Positions 1-11,579 of a DNA stretch of 45,718 nt are shown here, one piece after another. Every line of letters begins with the position of its first letter. The stretch's first letter is position 1. Made by a program: the position numbers and the translations under genes. This DNA is from Prasinococcaceae sp. CCMP 1430 (lineage: Eukaryota; Plantae; Prasinodermophyta). The notes below the pieces were generated by a model. It did no database searches. It was not told the origin of the DNA and saw nothing but the letters and a program-made list of their open reading frames with translations. Location: positions 1 to 45,718 of the forward strand of contig RQSC01001375.1 in the NCBI GenBank assembly GCA_013416795.1, written 5' to 3'.

Positions 1-868
<868 letters not shown>

Positions 869-943
869 CTACGCGGGGGGCGGGGGCGAGGAGAGCGTGA
901 GGGGGAGGGCGCGGCGCGGCAAGGGGCGGCCATCCAAACGTAC

Positions 944-3750
944 CAGTCAGTGTCACGGTGAAGTCGATGACCGTCACCTTCGCCGACAGCTCGGGCGTAA
1001 AGTGCGGGTTGGGCAGGCGCGTGGTGAAGAACAAGCTGAACGTCTCCGCGTAGTCGACCTCCTTATCGGCGAGCGCGATCTTCCAGCCCTTGCCGCTGCG
1101 CACGAAGCGCTTCTCGAGTACGGGGTCGAGCACGGGGTCGACATCCTCCTCGATGTTGGCGCAGAGCATCGGCTTGCCGTAAGAAAGACAGTCCTCGAGG
1201 TGATTGCGGAACTGGCGCTCGAGGAAGCCCGTCGTTCGCAGCTGGTTCGCCTCCTCCCTCGCCTTAATCCACGCGAGGCCCTGACCCTGCGGGTCGATGA
1301 GCAGCGGCCACCGCGTGGCGCGCGTCACGAGGATGCCGTTCTGCACCGACAAGTCGTCGTTGGGCAGCCCCTGGAGCGACCACTCGCCCACCTCGGACTC
1401 GGTGGCCAGGAACTTGGTCACCTGCAGGTCCTCGGTCACAGGCACGCCGCGCTTCACGCAATCCGCGTAGAAGTCGCGCGTGAGCAGCGTACTGCGGAAT
1501 TCCTTGTTGAAGGGGCCCGCGTACGACACGAAGGCGCTCGCGATGGCCGAGTCGCCGGTGAGGCGCGAGATTTGGGACTCGAACGCCGCGCTCTGCTCCG
1601 TCCAGCGCACCTTCTCGCCCGCCAGCGCGCTGATGAGCGAGTTTGCGCTGTCCATCTTCTTCTGCGTGGCGAGGGCGTCATCCTCCAGGCGCTGCTTCTC
1701 GCGCATGGCCTTGTCGAAGCTGGCCTGCATCTCGTCCAGCTCGTCCTGCACCGCCTTCATCTTGGTCTCCGCCTCATCGAGCTGGCCCTGCGCAATCTTG
1801 AGCTCCGCCTCGGACTCGCGCAGCTTGATGATCTTGGGCTCGACGTCCTTGGCGACGAAGTGGTACGTCGACATGGCGCTCGCCCAGTTACACAGGCCGG
1901 CGACGTTGCCCGAGGCCTTCTTGGCAGCCTCGAAGTTGAAGTCGGGCGCCATAAAGTACGGCTCGAGCAGTTCGCACGTCTCGTCGTTGATCTGCTCCTT
2001 GGGGAAGTTCATCAGGTCCGACAGGAACGACGACTTGGACATCATCGTCGCGGACTCGGCGTAGTTCGCGTCGATCACCTGGTTGCCCTTGACGTCGATG
2101 TAGGCCACGGGCAGCACCTTGCGCATCGACAGCACCAGCACCGCGTCGAAAATGCGCTTGACCACGTCGGGCGGGTTCTTGAGCTGCTTGAGCGTGCCGA
2201 TGTCCTTCTGGGTGATCGACGAGAGTGCCGCCACAGCGGCCTCAAGCGCAGGCTTGGCGGCCGCCAGGTCACGCTCGGCGTCGGCCTTGACCGCGCCGAT
2301 CTCCTCGGCTTGCTCCTGGCACGCGTTCTTCACCTTGGTCACCTTGGCCTTCTCCTTCTCTGCGATGGCCGTCTTGGCCGAGATCTCCTTGAGCAACTCG
2401 GCCGACACGGCCTGCGCCTCCGCGAGCTCGGTGTTCTTGATGGCGAGCTCCTTCTTCATCACGTCGACGTCCGCTGTCGCCTGCACCATCTTCTCGAGGC
2501 CCGAGTTGATCGCGGTGGCCAGCTCGTTGACCTCCTTGAGCTTGGCAGAGTACAGCGACTTGTACCCGTTGATGAAGCTCAGGTACGACTTGGGCGTCAC
2601 GTACACATGGCGGCGGAACGCCTGCAGGTACTCGTCGCACGCGGCGGTCACGAACGAGTGCACCGAGCCCATGTGGTTGACGAGCTCGGCCTTGACCTCT
2701 GGCGTGACGGCCTCGGCCATCTCGAAGTCGCCGATGAATTTGTTGGCGACGGCGGTGAGCGCGTCGAGCGGCCACGGAAGGAACCAGTCGATAGTGCACC
2801 CGTTGATGAGCCCCGGGAACTGCTGGGCGCGGCGTGCAAACTTGTCGCCGACCGGCGAGAAGCACAGCATGACGTGCAGGTTGGCGCGCACGCGCTGGAA
2901 GAAGAAGTCCAGCAGATTGTCGTACGAGTCCACAAAGGACGGGCCAAGCTCCTTCTTGGCGATCGGGCGCATGTCGTTCACCTGGCTGTCGATCTCCTCC
3001 TTGGAGAAGAGGCCGGCGACCTGGCCGGTCATCAGGAACTGGTTGAGGTACTCGAGGAAGGCCTCCTCCTTGATCTCGGCGTCGGTGAAGATCCAGCACA
3101 CCTTCTTCCCCTTGTGGCCCGCAGTCTTGTACAGCGCGCGGATGTCGTCGAAGAGGTTGGCCGTGTTGTAGGTCTTCGTAATGGTCACCTGGAAGGTCTC
3201 CGCGCCTCCGACGTGCGACGCCAACTTTGTGAGGCTTTGCTTGCCCGAGCCGCCGACGCCCACTAGGAGGCCGTTGCCGCCGTCCATGGCCAGCACGCGC
3301 ACGATGCGGCACATGTGCTCAAGCGCGTCGCGGAAGAGCACAAGGTCGAGCTTGTTGACCTTGGACGCCGCGTTGAACGCCGCCTGGCGCTCATCGACGA
3401 TCGCCTTGAGCGAGTCGAGGTCCGTGCACGCCTCGTAGAAGCTCGGGTTGGCATCGATCGTCTCGCCGGTCTCCTCGTCCACCACGGGCGGGCGCAAGAA
3501 GTCAACGAAGTAGTTGGGCTCGCTCGTCTCGGCGGCGAGCTCGCCGCCCCACGCGCCCTTCGTGAGCGACGCAATCGTCTCGTCAAACCAGGCCTTGTCC
3601 GCCTTGGACGAAAGCTTGTCCGAGAACGTCCGCGCGCATTCGTGGCGCCAGAGCGACACAAGGTAGCCCGCTGGCGTGGTCACCTGGGCGCCGAAGCCGG
3701 CCGAGGTGTCCGCGCCCGTGCGGAAGCGGTCGCGCGTGGCCAGGATGACG
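944..3750 (-). CDS. ODA2: Axonemal outer-arm dynein heavy chain (gamma/ODA2 type, DNAH5/8-like), internal fragment covering AAA4, the stalk/microtubule-binding domain and part of AAA5
   Basis: About 935 open codons from the N at 3751 to a GTACGT donor at 943. Motifs LLVGVGGSGKQSL, FARRAQQFPGLINGCTIDWF, GLCNW and RWPLLIDPQGQ closely resemble the Chlamydomonas gamma heavy chain as I recall it. Both ends are missing. Confidence 0.9.
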
Positions 3751-3751
3751 N
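3751..3751. other. Single-N assembly gap or junction
   Basis: Only N in the window. The dynein ORF is cut mid-domain on its left, and the CEP162-like ATG lies only 19 nt to its right with no promoter-like sequence. Confidence 0.85.
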
Positions 3752-3770
3752 CGCGGGGCGCTCGGCGCCG

Positions 3771-6700
3771 ATGGCGGGCGCCGGCGTCGCGGGCGGCGAG
3801 GACGACGCGGACGCGATGACGATGATGATGAGCCCGCCACGCGAGCTGGGCTCGACGCTGCCGCCGCCCGTAGCGTCGGAAACCCCGGAGACCCTATCTT
3901 CCAAGGGCAAGGTCGCCACGGGCGACGACTCGCTCGACGCGAGCGACGAGCTCGTGCTCGGCTCCGAGGCCGACATGCTGCAGCGAGCGTCGCGCCGGGG
4001 GCTCTCCTTCGACGACTCGGGCGACGGCGCGGCGCTGAGCGCCGAGGGCGCGGACGCCAGCGGTGGGGATGGCGACGGCTCGCTGCTCGAGCAAGTGGCA
4101 CTCAACGCCAGCGCAGCTGCGGCGGCCGAAGCCGACTCGGCCGAGGTGAGCCTCAGCCTCAGCGCCGAGCTCGCCGGCGGCGAGAGCGCGGCGGCGGGCA
4201 TGGGGGTCGGTGAATCGCTCGTGCTGGACGAGTCGCCCGTGAGGGCGAAGGTGAGGTCCGCGAGGGGCAAGCGCGAAGGCAGCCCGGGCGGGCCGCCGCC
4301 CAAGGCCAAGCCTGCGCCCCGGGGAGGCGCTCGAGGGGGCACGAGCAGCGCCCGCACGAGCCGCGAGGCCCCCGCCACGACCAAATCAGCGGCGAGCAAG
4401 GGTCGCGCTCGCCCGGCATCTGCCTCGAGCGCGTCCGCCTTCCGCAGCAGCGGCGGCCTCAGCACGACGTCCTCCAACGATGCCCTGGCCAGAAGCTTTG
4501 CGGAGCTGCAGGAACAGGTCGCCCATAGCTTCGCAGAGAAGACGGACGCCGGCGCCACCAGAGCGAGCGCGAGGCAGTTCGACGCCGCGCAACGCCAGTG
4601 GGCCAAGCGCGAGGCAGACCTCGAGCGCCAGGTCGAGATGTTTCGGCGCGAGGCCGCCGCGGAGACCGCAAAGGCAAAGAAGGCAATTGACGCGCAGCAG
4701 CGCCGCGCGGTCAAGGAGCGCGCCGATCGCTCGGAGCTCGAGCGACGCAACCGCGAGCTCGCCCGGGAAAAGGCGGAGCTTCTCAAGCAGCTCAGCGAAC
4801 TGCAGAAGGAGCAGCCGCGCGACCGTCTGAAGCGTGCGGCCAACGAGGAGCAGGTCACCCTGGCCGCCACGGAGCTCGAGGAGGTGCGGCGCGGCATCGC
4901 CGAGCAGGAGACGCTCATCGCCGGCTTCCAGCGCGAGAACGAGCGCCTGAGCAAGGAGCTGAAGGAGGCCAAGGCCGCGGCAGAGGATACGTCGACTGCT
5001 TCGGCTGGCCAAGTCGAGGCATTGGAACGTGAGCTCATACGCGCCAGGGACGAGGCCCAGGTGCAGCGCGCGCGCGCGGAAGCGGCGGGCGCCGCTCGCG
5101 AGACCGAGGACGGCGACGACGCGCCCTCTTCCCCTTCCGAGGGGCTCTCGAACGAGCGCGTGCTGTCTGCCGAGGTCGAGCGCCTGCAGACCGAGATCGA
5201 GGCGCACAAGCAGCGTGAGATGGATCTCAAATTCGAATTGGACCGCGCTCGCACCGCTCGCAAGGAACTCGAGCAGCGCTACGAGGGCATCGATCCCCGC
5301 CGCGTTGTGGCCGAGGACGCCGCGCTGGCAGAGGCGCGAGAGACGCTCGCACGCGAGCGCGCGGCGCACGAGAGGCAGCTGAGCGAGCTCGAGGACAAGA
5401 TCAAGTGGTACGCCAACAACCAAGAGCTTATCACTGCCAACGACGAGCAGCTCAAGACGCAGCGCAAACGCATCGCCCAGCTTGAAGAGCAGCTGCAATT
5501 TCACGAGGGCGCGACCGCCTCGAAGCCCGGCACGGGAGCCAGCGCGGGGTCCTCCGACCGCAAGGCGGCTTCCAAGGGCAATGTTGTCGGGCGTGCCAGC
5601 GACAGGCCCAGGGTGAGCGCCGGCGGCGCTGGTGGTGGGGCGGGCGCCAAGCGCGTCAAGGAGCTCGAAGCGCGCGTCCGCGAGCTGGAGATGGCCCTCG
5701 AGGAGCGCGGGTCCTCAAGCATTGCGTCCCTCGTTGCGGCGTCTCGCCCGCGCGTTGAGGAGAGCAGCGAAGTGAAGCGCCTGCATGACAAGATTGGCGG
5801 GCTGGTCGACGAGCTGGAGACCAGCCGTACCGAGTCGCAGCGCAAGCTGCGTGCGCTGCGGCAGGAGTACGATCGCCTGCGAGTCAATTACGACTCGGCA
5901 ATCAACGACTCGAAGAAGAAGGTCGCCGCCGCGGAAAAGCGCGAGGCTGACGTAGCGAAGCGCGGAGGCGCAAATGCCGCCAAAGTGCGTGATCTCGAGA
6001 GGCAGGTCGAGGAGTTGCGGCGTTTCTACAGCCGCAAGTGCCGCGGGCTACAGGAGCAGCTCGACGAGGCGAACAAGACTTTGGGCGTCGAAAAGGAGAA
6101 GGAGGATGCTCGCAAGGCCAAGGCGAAGGAGAACCGCATTGCCAAGCAGATCGAGAAGGAGAGGCAAGAGAGGCTGAACGCGCGCCAGGAAGCACAAAGC
6201 GGCGCTGAGACGGGTGCCGCTGGCGCGCGGCCCCGCGGCGACTCGTTCGACCCGCAGGCGCGGGCCCTCGCCGATGCTGAGAAGCGTCTTAGGTTGGCCT
6301 CGCAGCAGCTAGCGGAACGCGACGCTCAGCTCCTTCAGCTGGAGGGCGAGGCAATGCAGCTGCGGACAGTCGTGCAGAAAGCGAGTACCTTCATGGTCCC
6401 TGATCCAAAGGCGACAGCGGGCGACACCGTCACCTCCGGCACTGAGGCCCTCCGTACGAGCGTCGAGGTCCTCACCCTGCGTGAGGAGCTTTCGCACCTG
6501 ACGGATAGATACAACGAGCTGGTGGAGGCCAGGGCACGCGGGGGAGGGCTGGCGAGCGCGGCACAGGGCGGGCCGGAGCCGGCTAACGGTCGTCAGGCCG
6601 ACGCGCTAGTGGCCTCGCGCGAGGCGGTGCAGCGCCTGTACATGGAGGCGGTGGAAAAGGCCGCATCGCTCAGGCTTCAGCACGCCGAGGAACTCGCAAG

Positions 6701-7256
6701 CGCCAGGCAGGCGCATGCCGCTGAGATGCGAACGGTCGTGGCAGCCGCAGAGGCGCATGCTGAAGAAGCGCGACGAGCGACAACAGCGGCGCAGGCGCAG
6801 GCGTTTGCCTTGCCAGGCGAGGTCGCCCTGCTGCGGCAGCGCGCAGAGAAGGCAGAGCTCGAGCTTAAGCAGGCGCGGGAGCGCATCGAGTCCCTGCAAC
6901 GAGCGTATGAGGCAGCGGCCGCAGCGGCACGGAAGAAGGAGGCGCCTGGGGCGGCGGAGCTCGCCGCGCTGCAGGAGCATGTGGCGCGGCTCGAGGCGCA
7001 GGCGGCGCGCCGCGAGGCGCAGTGGCGTGGTGTGTGCGACGACATCAAACGGATGACCGTTGCTGAGTCCGCGGTCGCCGAGCGCCGTTGGCAGCTGCGT
7101 CTCGAGTCCAAGAACCAAGAGATAGAGCGATTCAAGGCAGAGCTTGACTCGATGCTCGGCGCCGCGGAGCAGTTGCAGGAGCAGCTCGGTACGAGCGGTG
7201 CGAGCGCCGTCGGAGCGGCGGCGGCGTTCGCCGCCGGCGCGGGCGCCGCGAGATAG
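3771..7256 (+). CDS. CEP162: CEP162-like centriolar/transition-zone coiled-coil protein (1161 aa)
   Basis: Intronless coiled-coil ORF with the CEP162-like blocks EQETLIAGFQRENERL, LEDKIKWYANNQELI and KNQEIERFKAELDSML. The start is uncertain because of the gap. Confidence 0.72.
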   Translation: MAGAGVAGGEDDADAMTMMMSPPRELGSTLPPPVASETPETLSSKGKVATGDDSLDASDELVLGSEADMLQRASRRGLSFDDSGDGAALSAEGADASGGDGDGSLLEQVALNASAAAAAEADSAEVSLSLSAELAGGESAAAGMGVGESLVLDESPVRAKVRSARGKREGSPGGPPPKAKPAPRGGARGGTSSARTSREAPATTKSAASKGRARPASASSASAFRSSGGLSTTSSNDALARSFAELQEQVAHSFAEKTDAGATRASARQFDAAQRQWAKREADLERQVEMFRREAAAETAKAKKAIDAQQRRAVKERADRSELERRNRELAREKAELLKQLSELQKEQPRDRLKRAANEEQVTLAATELEEVRRGIAEQETLIAGFQRENERLSKELKEAKAAAEDTSTASAGQVEALERELIRARDEAQVQRARAEAAGAARETEDGDDAPSSPSEGLSNERVLSAEVERLQTEIEAHKQREMDLKFELDRARTARKELEQRYEGIDPRRVVAEDAALAEARETLARERAAHERQLSELEDKIKWYANNQELITANDEQLKTQRKRIAQLEEQLQFHEGATASKPGTGASAGSSDRKAASKGNVVGRASDRPRVSAGGAGGGAGAKRVKELEARVRELEMALEERGSSSIASLVAASRPRVEESSEVKRLHDKIGGLVDELETSRTESQRKLRALRQEYDRLRVNYDSAINDSKKKVAAAEKREADVAKRGGANAAKVRDLERQVEELRRFYSRKCRGLQEQLDEANKTLGVEKEKEDARKAKAKENRIAKQIEKERQERLNARQEAQSGAETGAAGARPRGDSFDPQARALADAEKRLRLASQQLAERDAQLLQLEGEAMQLRTVVQKASTFMVPDPKATAGDTVTSGTEALRTSVEVLTLREELSHLTDRYNELVEARARGGGLASAAQGGPEPANGRQADALVASREAVQRLYMEAVEKAASLRLQHAEELASARQAHAAEMRTVVAAAEAHAEEARRATTAAQAQAFALPGEVALLRQRAEKAELELKQARERIESLQRAYEAAAAAARKKEAPGAAELAALQEHVARLEAQAARREAQWRGVCDDIKRMTVAESAVAERRWQLRLESKNQEIERFKAELDSMLGAAEQLQEQLGTSGASAVGAAAAFAAGAGAAR

Positions 7257-7336
7257 TGACGCGGCGCGCCAAGTCCTGCCTGCTCGACACTGTCACATAA
7301 TCTCTTCAATATTAGAAAGCCGTACATGTACAGGAA

Positions 7337-8572
7337 TCACCCGGGCTGCTCTGAGCCTGAGCCGCAGTCGTCGTAGTCGTCCTCGTCCTCTTCCTTCTGT
7401 GAGCTCTCGCCCAGGATCTGGAGCGCGAATGAGGGCACGGCGGCTTCTTTGGCCGCACCCCCGCCCGCTTCCTGGCCTGCGGTCGCTCGTCGTAGCGTGA
7501 GCTTCCGCTTCCTGCGCAGCGTCGCCCCCGCCATACCACCAGCAGCGCCGCGGCGCTCGCCTGCAACGTTATTATTAATTCCGCCCCCCCAGAGCAGCCC
7601 TCCCTCGCCCGAGTGCGAGAACTCGCACGCGTTGCCTTTCTCGCACCATCCAGCTGCACGAAACGCTGCGCATGGTGCCGCCGCTGCGCCGACGTTCACG
7701 TGCCTGTACAGGCAGTCATCGCCCGCTGCACACGCGCCCGCTAGGAAAAAAGCGCAGTCGGGCATGCGCTCCGGCGAAGGGTCGTGCGAGAGCAAGCAAG
7801 TGTCGGCGGTGGCGGTGCAGCTCCCACGCAGCCATCGCGGGCAGATCGCCACGCGCGCGCGGTCATGCAGCAGCTTGCACGCGCCGCTCGCCTCGCCGGG
7901 GCACGTGCCGCGCTTTGAGAATGTCGCGCACTGCCGCGCAATGAGCGCCCGCCGCCGCACGGGCGCCGGTGCACGCTCCTGCTGCGAGCCGCCTGCCGCC
8001 CGCCCATGCGCCGGCACCGATGCCGGGGCTCCTGACGGCACGCCTGCTGCCCCAGTCGCTTTTGCTGGGCCTGCGGACGCACTCCTCAACCCTGCGGGCT
8101 TGGAGGCGAGCGTGCCCTTGTCCTTGTTCACGCCTGCGCCCGCCACGCGCTTGAGCGCGTTGCCCGACCGGCTCAGCTCAAAGTCGGTGCCAACGCGCTT
8201 GCCTGCACGCGAGCGCGGTTTGCGCGCGGCCGCCGCTGCTGTGGCCGCCTCCGCGGCGGCGGCGGCGGTGTGCCATGCGGCTGCGCGTTCATGGTACGAC
8301 GCGGCGCGCGACCCCCCCCCAGCCCCCCTCCCGCGTCCACGGCTGCGGCCGTATGCCCCGTACCCCCCGCCATACGCATACGTTCCACTGCCGTATGCGC
8401 CGCTGATGCTTGGCGGGTGCCGCCCGCCGCCCCTCCCACGGCCACGGCCGCGGCCGCCGCGGCCGCGGCCGACCGCGCGCGGCGCGTGCGGTGGCACCAC
8501 CTTTTCGCGCACGGACCTTCGCCGCGAGCACGCGGAAAAGTCGCACTGCGTGCTCTTGCGCGTGCACCACAC
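7337..8572 (-). CDS. Tandem CCCH zinc-finger protein, ZC3H3/Red5-like, with an RGG/Tyr-rich N-terminus; start codon unresolved
   Basis: Tandem CCCH-type fingers (e.g. CPRWLRGSC...CLLSH, CAFFLAGAC...CLYRH, CAAFRAAGWC...CEFSH) follow an LSRSGNALKR motif. There is no in-frame ATG upstream of the fingers. Confidence 0.75.
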   Translation of the reverse strand: MWCTRKSTQCDFSACSRRRSVREKVVPPHAPRAVGRGRGGRGRGRGRGGGRHPPSISGAYGSGTYAYGGGYGAYGRSRGRGRGAGGGSRAASYHERAAAWHTAAAAAEAATAAAAARKPRSRAGKRVGTDFELSRSGNALKRVAGAGVNKDKGTLASKPAGLRSASAGPAKATGAAGVPSGAPASVPAHGRAAGGSQQERAPAPVRRRALIARQCATFSKRGTCPGEASGACKLLHDRARVAICPRWLRGSCTATADTCLLSHDPSPERMPDCAFFLAGACAAGDDCLYRHVNVGAAAAPCAAFRAAGWCEKGNACEFSHSGEGGLLWGGGINNNVAGERRGAAGGMAGATLRRKRKLTLRRATAGQEAGGGAAKEAAVPSFALQILGESSQKEEDEDDYDDCGSGSEQPG

Positions 8573-8801
8573 GCTGCACGCTGTGCGCCTGCCGCGCGCC
8601 CGCCCGTGCGCGCGCCCCCACGCAGAGAGAGAGGGAGGGAGGGAGGGAGAAAGAGAGCGAGGCTGAAAGGCGCGGGTGGGCGACGGGGTTGGTGGGTGGG
8701 CAGATTTGGTCCCGGTCGTGGCCAGGGCTCACGCACTGGCAGCCGCGGCGGGTGGGTCGTGGGGTGGGTGTCGTTGGTGGGGAGCGCGGGAAAGGGCGGG
8801 T

Positions 8802-9914
8802 ATGGCGGCGCTCGCGGGGTGCACCGCGCTGGGCGGCTGCGTGGCGAACTCAGTGGCGCTGGAGGCCGTCGTGCGCGCCGACCGCCGAGCAGGCGAGCTG
8901 CTCAACTGCGGGCGCGCGCTGGTCGTCGGGGGCTTCCACCTTGCAGAGCGCGCGCTCGTGTCGGACCGCTTCCGCGGCCCTCCGCTCGGCGCGGCGGCGG
9001 CGCTCCCTCGCACGATCCCGCTCTGGTATCACGCGCTCATGGCGTTCGTGTTTGTGCCGATGTCATTTCTGAACAACTACGCATTCGCGCTTGGCGTCTC
9101 GCAGCCGTTGCAGATCGTCGTGCGCTCGCTGTCGCCACTCACGACCATGCTCGTCGGCCTCGTGCTGCCCGCGGGCTTGCGCAAGTACTACTCGTGGCAG
9201 CAACAGCTCTGCGTAGTGGCCATCACTGTCGGCGCGGTAGCAACTACCGCAGCAGATGCCGTCGTCCAGCTCACGTCGGCAGGCGGTGAAGCAGAGGACG
9301 ACACCGGTGGTGCTAGCGCGATGGCATTCGACGCCGCAGGGCTCGCGCGTGCGTTCGCTAGCGATGCGGAATTCCGGAGCTGGTGCCTCGGTGTGGCGAT
9401 ACTGGTGCTGGCGGCGCTGGTCACTGCCGGTCTCAATCAGCTGCAGGACTACGGTTTCAGGCACTGGGGAAAGGACTGGCAAGAGAGCGTCGTTTTCGTG
9501 CACATACTCTCGCTGCCCGCATACTGGCTGCAGCGCGGCGAGCTGGCGGAGAGTGCAGCGCGGCTCGCCGCCACGCATCCCGCGCCAGCGTTTGGGCGCT
9601 GGCTCCAGGATATCGGGCTGGGCTGGGCGGCGCCATCTGGCCTCGCTTTCATGGGCCTCGACGCGCTCACCATGCTTGGGTGCCAGCGTGGTGTGCACTC
9701 GCTGCTCGCGAAGAGCGGCGGCCTCACTCTCGCTATCACGCTTGCTGTGCGCAAGGTGTTGTCCCTGCTAATCAGCCTCGTGCTGTACTCGCAGCCGTTC
9801 ACTCTCAACCACTGGGCGGGTACTGCGCTCGTCTTCGCGGGCACAATCGCCTTCACGCAGGTACCGAAGGGCGCTGCGCCGGAGCCCGATGCCGAGGCGA
9901 AAAAGGAGCAATGA
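8802..9914 (+). CDS. Nucleotide-sugar transporter, UAA family (SLC35B4/YEA4-like UDP-GlcNAc/UDP-xylose transporter), 370 aa
   Basis: Multi-TM protein with GGCVANSVALE, FLNNYAFALGVSQPLQIVVRS, KDWQESVVFVH and AVRKVLSLLISLVLY motifs. Confidence 0.85.
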   Translation: MAALAGCTALGGCVANSVALEAVVRADRRAGELLNCGRALVVGGFHLAERALVSDRFRGPPLGAAAALPRTIPLWYHALMAFVFVPMSFLNNYAFALGVSQPLQIVVRSLSPLTTMLVGLVLPAGLRKYYSWQQQLCVVAITVGAVATTAADAVVQLTSAGGEAEDDTGGASAMAFDAAGLARAFASDAEFRSWCLGVAILVLAALVTAGLNQLQDYGFRHWGKDWQESVVFVHILSLPAYWLQRGELAESAARLAATHPAPAFGRWLQDIGLGWAAPSGLAFMGLDALTMLGCQRGVHSLLAKSGGLTLAITLAVRKVLSLLISLVLYSQPFTLNHWAGTALVFAGTIAFTQVPKGAAPEPDAEAKKEQ

Positions 9915-10109
9915 CAAACTGGGCGGCTCACTCCTCTACATCCCTAGCGCGATCATAATATGGTATAGTGGATGCCTTACGCGCGGGCTGGCCCCGTTCG
10001 CACTTCTCAGCAGTGCCTCTTCTTGCAGCTGGCTTATCTAAGCTAGAGTGGAGAGGGGGTGGAGCTGCTGGGCGTGCGAGCCGCGCTAGCAAGCGCGCTC
10101 CCGCGGAGC

Positions 10110-11332
10110 TCAGCCTGTAGCCTTCAATACGTCGCGAATGGCCACGGGCGACAGGTGCTGTTTGAGAGCCGCCTCCCACGCCTCCCCCTTCGCCTCGGCG
10201 CCCTCGGCGACCGCGGCGCGCAGCATTGGGAGCGTGGCACGCGCGGCGGCGCGTGCGTCGGCGTCCCGGTCCACGAGAAGCTTGGCGGCGGTCGGCAACA
10301 GCGATGGCAGCACCTTCAGAAGCGTTGGCCTGTCTGCCCGCGAGGCCGCAGTCTGCAAGCACTTCGCAGCGCGGGCGCGCACCTTGGGCGCCTTCGCCGC
10401 CGCTGACTTGCCTTCGGAGGAGACGAGCGCCAACTCGGGCGCGGCGCTCTCGGCCATCGCCTTGAGCGCCGCCGCTGCCTCCTCCGCCAGGAAGCGTTTC
10501 GCATGGGCCGCCTTGTTGAGCAGCTCGTCCACGAGCTTGGAGCCCTCCTCGCAGCGCAGCACTGCGCCCGCATGCGACTTGAAGAGGTCCCCCGAGCACA
10601 GGCATGCCACCCTCGAGAGAGTGGACCGCGGGTTCTTCACCAGCTTTGCCACCAGCGGCAGGAGCGTCACAAGCGGCGCCTGCACGCGCTCGCCGTCGTC
10701 CTCCTCTTCCACTTGATCCTCCTCCTCCGCGAGCAGTGCGGGGTGGTGCGCGGCCACCCTTCGCACGTTGGCCAGCGCGTCCGCTGCGCCCATCCAGTCG
10801 CCGTTGACATTCTCTAGCGCTGCTGGCGCCGCGACGAGCCGCTCGGTCGCGACGCCGTCGTCCTCGAACGGCTGGAGCTCCTCCGTAGAGGGATATTCCA
10901 GCTCCCCCTGGCCGGCGATAGCATTCACATTCCAACCCTCTTTAATGGCCTTGGCAAGCTGGGCCTCGCTCATTCCGGACGCATGCGCCGCCTGCGGCGC
11001 CCCCTGCCCTGAGGCGGACGGCACTGCGGACGGTGTGGGTGCAGCGGCGACGACGGTGGCGACGGCGGCAGGCGCCACGGCAGGAGCTGGAAGAGTGGGA
11101 GGCGCTGCTGCCGGCTTGACGTCCCACACGGTCGCGTTGGCCTTACCCGGCTCAGTCGCCAAATTCGCCTTGCTCTTGAATACCCTCGCCTCCGTGCCCG
11201 AGGGGCGCATGCTAGCCTTGCCGGGCGGGGCGCGCGCGTCGCACGCGTTCTCCTTCCCCGCGGCCGGTGCGGCGGCGTGCTTCGACGCGGCCGCTTCGGC
11301 GCCGCAGCGGCGCTCCGCGTCGCGACGACCAT
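10110..11332 (-). CDS. TOG/CLASP_N (HEAT-repeat) tubulin-binding-type protein; start at 11210 (in frame) or 11332 (needs a 1-nt frame correction)
   Basis: Motifs ELEY..., ALANVRRVAAHHP, VKNPRSTLSRVAC, KRFLAEEA and PKVRARAA are typical of plant single-TOG ARM proteins. Confidence 0.75.
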
Positions 11333-11579
11333 CCCTCCCGGCGCGTCGGGGAGGCTCAACCCCGCGGCTTCCGCCCGAGCCTCGGCCGCGTCCGCACAGA
11401 AGCGGCGGGGTGGGTGGGTGGGGTCGCGTCCCTCCAGCGGTCGGCGTCGGCCCCTTGCCGCCCGGCGCAGTGTGGCGCGCCGCAGCAGCGCGCGCCTCTC
11501 TTCCCCCCGCGCCTCCGACTAACAACAGCCCCCATCAAACGCCATTGCGCCCTCCTCCCAACCTTCGGGGGCGGCCCCG

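Noticed and set aside
3315-3770. N-terminal extension of the 1313-aa ORF
   Set aside because: It is antisense to dynein and crosses the N, so it is not part of the CEP162-like gene.
3680-5263. 527-aa minus ORF (also 15236-17209, 15426-16637, 42818-44755 and similar)
   Set aside because: These are antisense or alternate-frame shadows of coiled-coil or GC-rich genes, with low-complexity Ser/Ala/Arg translations.
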